Virus record (IMG/VR): IMGVR_UViG_3300044611_001480 | Source: an uncultured virus (IMG/VR IMGVR_UViG_3300044611_001480) | Lineage: Duplodnaviria > Heunggongvirae > Uroviricota > Caudoviricetes | Length of the DNA: 64,000 nucleotides | Reading direction: 5' to 3' (one strand) | Shown: in pieces, positions 57,701 through 64,000 of the stretch | How positions within the stretch are numbered: the first letter of the stretch is position 1 | Layout: each line of letters opens with the position of its first letter | The notes under the pieces: generated by a model | What the model saw: the letters and a program-made list of their open reading frames with translations, nothing else | Told to the model about the DNA's origin: nothing | Database searches by the model: none | Translations under genes and position numbers: made by a program

Positions 57701-60700
57701 AGTACTACAAAAGAAAGTATTATCAATTATTTGAAAGATAATAGAGTTGGATTGGCAGTGACTAACGCAATAGCAATATCTTCTGGACTTTCCACTATAT
57801 TCACTTCAACGGATCACAATTTAAATGCCATCACTGGTGTAACTGTTTTAGCACCTGGATCTGGATATGGTGCTGGTATTTCCAGCACATTATATAATAT
57901 GCCTCTTGTTGGCGTAGGAATTACTGGCAATGGTGCTACTGCAAATGTGTCTGTGAGTGCTGCTGGCACAATAACTGCTGTGACTATTGTAGATGGTGGA
58001 TCTGCATATAGCATTGGAAATACTATGAGTATTGGTTTTGGAGGAGGTTCTGTAACTGTTTCATCCATTAATAATAATGTTGGAGATGTAATTCAAATTA
58101 TTGGTGTCGGAACTGTTGGAAATCGCAACAATGGAGCATATAGTGGTCTTTATAAAATTTCTGCAATTAATAGTTCAAAATCTGTTACTTATAATGTAGG
58201 ATCAAATCCTGGAATTTACACAACATCAAGTGGTATTCTTTATGTTGTAGATACGTCTCTTCCAATTTCTACCATTGCTGGTGTTTCAAATGCAACTACA
58301 GCAGGAATAGTAACAATAACAACATCTCGTGCCCATGGTTTATCGGTGGGAAATAAAATTAAAATTACGGGAGTTACTGGGACTGCTTCGGCTATTTTTA
58401 ATTCAGACTTTTTTGTTAAAGAAAAAGTTAGTTTAACTGCATTTACAATTTTATCGCCAATTGGAGTTGGAACTGCCGCTGGGTCTGCAGAAGTCTATAA
58501 GTATGGAATTGCTTCATATGGAGAAGATACTTCACTTCAGAGTGAAAAGATTTCCGGAAGTTTGATAAGTATGAATGTTGGTTATACAACTACAACATCT
58601 GCAGGAATCACAACCACTGCGACAACATTGGATCTTACACTTACAACTGGATTAGAAAAAGGAAACTTTATTCAATTAGATAATGAAATCTTAAGAATTA
58701 CTTCAATAACTAACTCTAGTCAAGTTGCTGTTTTAAGAGGTGTTCTTGGAACTAAATCTGCTCCACACGATTCTGGTTCTATTGTTAGAAAAATTTCCGT
58801 AATCCCATCAGAAACCCGTAGATTTACAAGTATTCGTGCTTCTGGTCATACTTTTGAATATCTTGGATATGGTCCGGGAAACTATTCAACTGCTGTTCCA
58901 CAAAGACAGAATAGAGTTATTACAGACGAAGAAGAGCGTTTAGCAGTTTCAAAAGAAGAAAAAGGAGGAGTCGTATTTTTCTCTGGTATGAATGATCGTG
59001 GCGATTTCTTCACTGGCGATAGGTTAACTGCAAAAGAAACATTTATCGGAGAAACTCCATCAGATTTAACCGCAACTTATGATGATGTTTATATTCGTAA
59101 TACTATTCGTGTTGGTGGTGGTTCAAATCGTTTACTTCCTAGTGAATTTAGAGGTCCAGTAAACTTTACCAATAAAATCACTTCAACTGCATCCCAAGGC
59201 ATTGAAGCACTCAAACTTCAACTTAAAGGGAATAGTATTCAAGATCCATCATTACAAATTGGACCAGATTCAAATCCAGCATTAATTGTAAATGAATTAA
59301 GTCAATATGTTGGCATCAAGACTGCAGTTCCTAATTTTGAACTTGATGTAAATGGTAGAATTAGAGCAAATGGTTTTGAAAATTTCCAATTATCGGATTT
59401 GCCAACAATTGATGAAGCAACTTTTTCGGCAAATAGAGTCCTTAAAGTTAAAGATGATGCATCTGGATATGAACTTGTTGATTATGATGAGTTATTAAAA
59501 TATAAACTTCGTAGTTTTACTTTTAGTAATGATGGAAGAGTTTATACTGGTATTGGATCAACTGTAAGTAATACTCTTCAAATTAGTGGAATTTCTACTT
59601 CTAATTTTTATGTTGGAGAAAAAGTAAAAGTATTTGGTGTAGATATTAATGGTTCTGCAACTGTTGCTGCTCCTCCTATTGCTGGAATGAGTGCAGTTAG
59701 AGTTGGAATAACAACATTACCTGACACATATCGTTATTGGGTGGCACAATATCATTTAAGAAATGGAAAAGTTGGTGTATCTTCTCAAATTTCACCATTT
59801 GCTGGAATTGGAATGACAACTATTGATAATTTCAATGATACTGATAACATTTCACTCACTCTTGCTAGATCTGATGCAAATCACGGTCTTCTTGTTTATC
59901 GTCAAATTGGAGTTTCGACTAATATTAATAATGCTAAACTTATTGGTATTCTTGGTCCAAAAGAACTTGGATCTAATACATCTAATATCACTTGGACTGA
60001 TTATGGAACATTTGATCAAACTGAATGGTCCACAAAAGGAACAGTAAATGAATATGATTCCGATCAAATTCACTTTCCAAATATTGCCACAACTGGCCAG
60101 AGAAGAGGATGGAAAATTGATGAAATTGTTTCAATAGGAACAAGTTCTATTAGATTATCTGGACAATATACTAGAAATTCTGACAATCAGATTAAAGTTG
60201 TTCACGATAATACTTATGCATTATCTCTGGCAATCGATCAAGCACTTGCAAATAATCAATACTCTTTAGAATTACCAAGTGGAACATATTTAACAAACAA
60301 ACTTATTATTCCATCAGGATTTACATTAAAAGGCAATGGTAAAAATACTATAATCAAAACACAATATTTTGCAACTGATGAAACTGATGGTGCGGGAAAT
60401 CTATTAGATTTTGATGGCAATATTGTTGGTGTTGGAACAACAACTGCTTCTGATATTTCAATCTACGATTTGACAATTGATGGAAATAGTGGAAATAATA
60501 TTCTATTTGATGGCGAATCGAATAATTATATTATGTATTTTGATAATATAACATCTTCTGTGTTTAAAGATATTGAAGTTCGCAATTCACCAGGACATGG
60601 ATTGTATCTTAATAATTCCTCAAGGATATCTGTAGATAATTGCTCATTTGTTGATGGATCAAATAGTGATAGATATTCATTCTCTCCATTAAATACTCAA

Positions 60701-61579
60701 GATTCTAACACGTTGAGAGTTAATGACTGTCTCTTTGAAAATTATCCTGGTCCTGTTGATTTGTCCGTAAGCTCTGTTGTTGCTACTGGTGGAAATATTA
60801 TCCGTAATTGTGGAACAGGATTGAGAAATTATGCTTCTAGTAAGATCATAACAACAAACAATATTATTCTTGGACCTGCGGATGAGTATATTCCATCTCC
60901 TGACATTTATGATAGTGATTTTAATTCTATCAATTTTACAATTGATAGAACTGCTACTTTCAATGGTCCAGTTCTTCAATATCTAGAGAATGGAATACTA
61001 AAAGATCTCAGTAGTACTAAAGTTTCTATCGTTTCTGCTGGTATTGGAACAATTGTTGGACAAGGAACAACAAATGAAACTCTTGGTTCTAGATTCTTGA
61101 ATTTCAATATTACTACTCCCAATGCTGGAGAATATGGTAGAGAAAATGGCTATATTCAATTGAGTTTAACATCAACACAAACTTCTACATTGGGTCTTTC
61201 ATCTGCTCTTGGATACAATATCATTGCACAAGAATATATTACAGTTCCAGTAGGATTTACAACTTATATTGGTATTGGAACTGGATCATTCAATCTTATT
61301 GGTGCTGGTGCAACTCAATATACAATTACATTATCAGATCCAAATCAATTCTCTGGCATTTCTACTGGTGATGTCATTAAACTTGTAAATCACTCTGTAA
61401 CTCCAGATTTATCATTATACGAATTGACGATTGCAGAGAAAATTAATGCAGGTGCCGCAGACAAACGTTTGAGGTTGACTGGATTTACAACAACTTCAGT
61501 AAGTAATGGATTGCAGACTGGATATATAATTATAAGGAATATATTTACTATCGCAAAAGGAAGAGTCGGAGTTATTTAA
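54710..61579 (+). CDS. Giant tail-fibre/structural protein (2289 aa) with a C-terminal beta-helix (pectate-lyase-like) domain
   Basis: MPLSRLENFL N-terminus; repeated HGLSVGD-type modules; LPSGTYL...LKGNG...LTIDGN beta-helix signature. Confidence 0.75.
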   Translation: MPLSRLENFLVNTDGNILYVNPSDLDATDSFDNKGNSLTRPFVTIQRALIEAARFSYQSGPNNDRFDKTTILLYPGTHYIDNRPGYYVKSNAGTAQYYDVNQTVVSVPDIELTNSSNFDITSSSNVLYKFNSVEGGVIVPKGTSIVGLDLRKTKVKPLYVPDPENNSIERSAIFRVTGGCYFWQFSVFDADRAVYYNYNYAEQASPTYSHHKLTVFEYADGVNLKNLTGTSDLQMYYYKLMNAYGDDTGNREIIDYPTSNDFEPNSPEFKIVGDLTSGDNNITELNSSSTVASVTTEFAHGLSVDDSIRIAGVGSALYNGSFKVVGVTSERKFTYQLPSAAIDTSVTISMSERVIIEPDGVNGASPYIFNCSLRSAFGMCGLHADGSKATGFKSMVVAQYTGIGLQKDSNAFVIYNESTGLYDTNSTTSLDKRPLYINQEAIYKPAYENYHIKASNDAFIQDVSVFAIGFAQHFLAEDGADQSITNSNSNFGSKSLISKGFRKESFDRDDTGYVTHIVPPKDLQEDSFNALWRSLDVGLTTSYTGVGQTSRLYLLGETDINNPPSNITNGYRVGSNIDEKLYVTVNINGIDSTYSSPILMQVPTGEGPIAQKTFTVTQTTGVNNIDVSSNVLTLNATHNFYNGESVRVFSDNAIVPDGLENGALYYVIIDTSNTIKLAKTINNANENIPVDIKNTKGGILSIVSRVSDKLSGDPGHPIQFDAVNKNWYIIGSGNTTTNQIYQGFKNNPTAIAANNSSTFIQRKSENRDLTDRIYKLRYVIPKEYTNAKIPAKNYVLQESSTVKEDSTITTINSNRNSHVIAGISTVGSTVTVTSERPHRLSVSDRVRIRKVVSSTNLSAADDAGFNGYFVVTSVPSSKTFTFTNTYSGGTFANSVSTRGENLPVFSRNEYDTTYTIENVETVQEYSSGLQDGIYYLTCLIGNISPTAPEFTSQKFKQNITDLYPVVDKDNLITDPLQSLTGASNKLIGKVIVNDPQNSTTKESIINYLKDNRVGLAVTNAIAISSGLSTIFTSTDHNLNAITGVTVLAPGSGYGAGISSTLYNMPLVGVGITGNGATANVSVSAAGTITAVTIVDGGSAYSIGNTMSIGFGGGSVTVSSINNNVGDVIQIIGVGTVGNRNNGAYSGLYKISAINSSKSVTYNVGSNPGIYTTSSGILYVVDTSLPISTIAGVSNATTAGIVTITTSRAHGLSVGNKIKITGVTGTASAIFNSDFFVKEKVSLTAFTILSPIGVGTAAGSAEVYKYGIASYGEDTSLQSEKISGSLISMNVGYTTTTSAGITTTATTLDLTLTTGLEKGNFIQLDNEILRITSITNSSQVAVLRGVLGTKSAPHDSGSIVRKISVIPSETRRFTSIRASGHTFEYLGYGPGNYSTAVPQRQNRVITDEEERLAVSKEEKGGVVFFSGMNDRGDFFTGDRLTAKETFIGETPSDLTATYDDVYIRNTIRVGGGSNRLLPSEFRGPVNFTNKITSTASQGIEALKLQLKGNSIQDPSLQIGPDSNPALIVNELSQYVGIKTAVPNFELDVNGRIRANGFENFQLSDLPTIDEATFSANRVLKVKDDASGYELVDYDELLKYKLRSFTFSNDGRVYTGIGSTVSNTLQISGISTSNFYVGEKVKVFGVDINGSATVAAPPIAGMSAVRVGITTLPDTYRYWVAQYHLRNGKVGVSSQISPFAGIGMTTIDNFNDTDNISLTLARSDANHGLLVYRQIGVSTNINNAKLIGILGPKELGSNTSNITWTDYGTFDQTEWSTKGTVNEYDSDQIHFPNIATTGQRRGWKIDEIVSIGTSSIRLSGQYTRNSDNQIKVVHDNTYALSLAIDQALANNQYSLELPSGTYLTNKLIIPSGFTLKGNGKNTIIKTQYFATDETDGAGNLLDFDGNIVGVGTTTASDISIYDLTIDGNSGNNILFDGESNNYIMYFDNITSSVFKDIEVRNSPGHGLYLNNSSRISVDNCSFVDGSNSDRYSFSPLNTQDSNTLRVNDCLFENYPGPVDLSVSSVVATGGNIIRNCGTGLRNYASSKIITTNNIILGPADEYIPSPDIYDSDFNSINFTIDRTATFNGPVLQYLENGILKDLSSTKVSIVSAGIGTIVGQGTTNETLGSRFLNFNITTPNAGEYGRENGYIQLSLTSTQTSTLGLSSALGYNIIAQEYITVPVGFTTYIGIGTGSFNLIGAGATQYTITLSDPNQFSGISTGDVIKLVNHSVTPDLSLYELTIAEKINAGAADKRLRLTGFTTTSVSNGLQTGYIIIRNIFTIAKGRVGVI

Positions 61580-61581
61580 AA

Positions 61582-64000
61582 ATGCCAGATAACACAAACG
61601 TTAATAATAATGCAGCAGTTGTCGTTGTAGGTAGAACTGCTCCTGTTCCTCCTGGGCAACAGAAATCAGAAAAATCTATTCCTGTTGTTATTGCAAGTGA
61701 CCAATCAACAATTCCAGTAGCAGAACAAAATAAAGTTCAATCAGAAGTTGCTCTTTCTCTTCTTGGAATTCCTAGATCAGAAGTTGCTCTTGGTATTTTT
61801 GCTGACGTTAACACTTATGATGTAAACCCATCAGAATGGTCAGCAACTCCAGAACAGTTCGGTTTGGTCTCTAGCACTGGTGTGTATGCTGGTATTGCTC
61901 AAAGTATGGGATGGGGACTTACCCACGTTCCAGAAGAATCTGGAGCACTCGTAGAGGGTCCTGCTGATAGAACAGCAATTCTTACATCAAAAAGATTTTT
62001 TAGGTATCAACCTGGTCGTGTTTCTGCCGCAACTTTTGGTGTAAAAACAACTTTACTTGGCGATGACGGAGTTGATGTTCACAATCCAGCAGTTAGAAAA
62101 TATGGAATTTTTGATAATTATGATGGATATTATTGGGAATCTAGAAATGATGGAACTGGAGATAATTTCTGTGTGGTTAGAAGAACTCAATCATTGCTTT
62201 ATAGCAATCCATTAACTTTTCCTAGTCAACAAACAGAAGATTATGGTAACACAAATCCACTAGATCAATTTGCACCAAGAGTCTCTGAAAGTGCTGGAAT
62301 TACAACAGTACCATCTAAGAAATTTGGCAATTTGGTTATCTTGAGAGATAACTTGGTAATGACACACGCAGGAGTTTATGATCCTTCATTACTTCAAAAT
62401 GAATCACAGGTTGCCATTACTTCAATTACATCAGGAAATGTAATTTCACTTGTAGGATTGGCAAAAAGTGTAAGTAATGCTGTTTACGACAACACTACTG
62501 GTATAATGGTAGTGACAACTCATCAACCACACGGATTTGAGGAAGGTAAGTATATTAAGATTAGTGGCATTGGTATGACCTGTCAATTTGGATTTAATAG
62601 TTATCCAGATCCAGGCAGAAATTCCGGTTATAATGTCATTTCTGTTGGTGGCACAAATACATTCACTTTGAATGTTGGTATTGCGACAGTTCCAACATTT
62701 TATAACTCTGGTGGTTATATTCTTGGACTGTCTGAAGGACAATATGTTTCTTATTCAAAAGGAACAAATGCCAGCGTTCTTACTGGATTTGATGATACAA
62801 AAGTATATAAAGTATCAACAGTTGGTGTTAATACCTTAACCGGAATTAGTACAGTAACATTAATTAATTTGGATGCAAGTTCACCTACATTTACTGCAGT
62901 AACAGGAATTTCTTCTCACGTATTAATTACTCCAGTTCCCTTCATTCAACCCACTAATGGATCATTGATTGGTTCATATAACAAATATAACACAGTAAAA
63001 CCAACGGGAATGTTCCCCTATATGTATGACAATGGAGATGGTAATAAAGAAGGATATATTGATAGTTCTCTTCCAATTGAATCTGCAACTACATTACAAG
63101 GTCAAATTGATGATATTAATACCTATTATGGTAAATGGGTTAATCAAAATGTCAAGAAAGATTATTGGAATGTTTATGAATATAGAGTTCCAAGATCTAG
63201 ATTTAGTGGAGATAATTTAAATGAAGAATTGGGAAATCCACTTCTTTATAGTGATGCAGTAGGAGATAAGAGAGCAGGACAACCAGTAATTGATCCCGAT
63301 ACAAACGAAGAACTGACTGATGATAGTATTTGGAATCTTGACCTCACAAAGGTTACAATGTATAAAATTGAATTCTCTTGGTATGGTGCTGTCGGTGCTC
63401 TATTCCTCGCATATGTTCCTGTAAGCAATGGTGAAGCACGTTGGGTACGTGTTCATCACTTAAGAGCATCAAACCAATTGAAAGTTTCTTCTTTGGGTAA
63501 CGCAACTCTTCCAATTACATATCTTGTATATGGCGGAGGCAATCCAAATCGTTTTGGATATGTAAATAATTTAAGACCGGAATCATCTTTCTCTTACGGA
63601 AGTTCTTCTGAACATATTATCAAATATGGTGCATCGTATTATATTGATGGTGGAGATAGAGGAACTGTAAAACTGTATAGTTACTCTACTCCAGTTTCAC
63701 AAGAAGTCTATGGTTCAAAGAGACCTTTTACAGTAGTCAATGGTGGTGGAGTTGGCATTGCATCTACTCAAGTAGACTTAACGAATGCTACATCAACAAC
63801 TGATCCTTATATTATTGGATCAGTTGGAATGTCTACTTCTTATTATGTCGGTGCAAAAGTTGTAACGTCAAGTCCATTGGATCAAAATATTGAAATTACT
63901 TTTGTCAATGTAGGAAGTCAAAGACTTTATCTAAATGCTCCATTGAATTCCACAAGTTTAGGAACAATCACAGTGATTCCAAATCGTCCAATACCATTAA
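61582..64000 (+). CDS. Large virion structural protein, truncated by the window end
   Basis: ATG 61582, open to the end; SEVALSLLGIPR, SKRFFRYQPGR and IEFSWYGAVG motifs. Confidence 0.75.
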   Translation, partial: MPDNTNVNNNAAVVVVGRTAPVPPGQQKSEKSIPVVIASDQSTIPVAEQNKVQSEVALSLLGIPRSEVALGIFADVNTYDVNPSEWSATPEQFGLVSSTGVYAGIAQSMGWGLTHVPEESGALVEGPADRTAILTSKRFFRYQPGRVSAATFGVKTTLLGDDGVDVHNPAVRKYGIFDNYDGYYWESRNDGTGDNFCVVRRTQSLLYSNPLTFPSQQTEDYGNTNPLDQFAPRVSESAGITTVPSKKFGNLVILRDNLVMTHAGVYDPSLLQNESQVAITSITSGNVISLVGLAKSVSNAVYDNTTGIMVVTTHQPHGFEEGKYIKISGIGMTCQFGFNSYPDPGRNSGYNVISVGGTNTFTLNVGIATVPTFYNSGGYILGLSEGQYVSYSKGTNASVLTGFDDTKVYKVSTVGVNTLTGISTVTLINLDASSPTFTAVTGISSHVLITPVPFIQPTNGSLIGSYNKYNTVKPTGMFPYMYDNGDGNKEGYIDSSLPIESATTLQGQIDDINTYYGKWVNQNVKKDYWNVYEYRVPRSRFSGDNLNEELGNPLLYSDAVGDKRAGQPVIDPDTNEELTDDSIWNLDLTKVTMYKIEFSWYGAVGALFLAYVPVSNGEARWVRVHHLRASNQLKVSSLGNATLPITYLVYGGGNPNRFGYVNNLRPESSFSYGSSSEHIIKYGASYYIDGGDRGTVKLYSYSTPVSQEVYGSKRPFTVVNGGGVGIASTQVDLTNATSTTDPYIIGSVGMSTSYYVGAKVVTSSPLDQNIEITFVNVGSQRLYLNAPLNSTSLGTITVIPNRPIPL

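Overview
AT-rich segment of a large T4-like cyanophage (cyanomyovirus) genome. From 5' to 3': the C-terminal half of nrdA, which starts with an intein C-fragment that is probably a split intein, then nrdB. Next is an accessory block: HAD-domain and putative head-internal proteins, a GIY-YIG nuclease, an exported lysozyme, an SLH-domain outer-membrane protein, Dps, tRNAs and a pseudoknot-rich RNA. A ~14-kb glycan biosynthesis cluster follows, then two hli genes, a peroxiredoxin and a C39-peptidase/GH24-lysozyme locus. After that come psbA with a 212-nt group I intron plus an F-CphI-like endonuclease, talC, speD, glutaredoxin, a tandem glutamine riboswitch with a DUF4278 peptide, thyX and phoH. 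The T4 core follows (gp33, 59, 32, 53, 48, 2, 4, 54/19-like, 26, 51, hub/tape-measure-like genes, gp5) with cp12 embedded, then an intron-split tRNA-Leu(UAA) and giant tail-fibre-like genes. The strongest hidden signals are two candidate programmed -1 ribosomal frameshifts. One is an A_AAA_AAG site with a hairpin that is the only evident route to a complete lysozyme domain. The other is a U_UUU_UUC site with an upstream SD that would fuse gp26 to gp51. All calls come from reading the sequence and recalled family motifs; no database searches were run.
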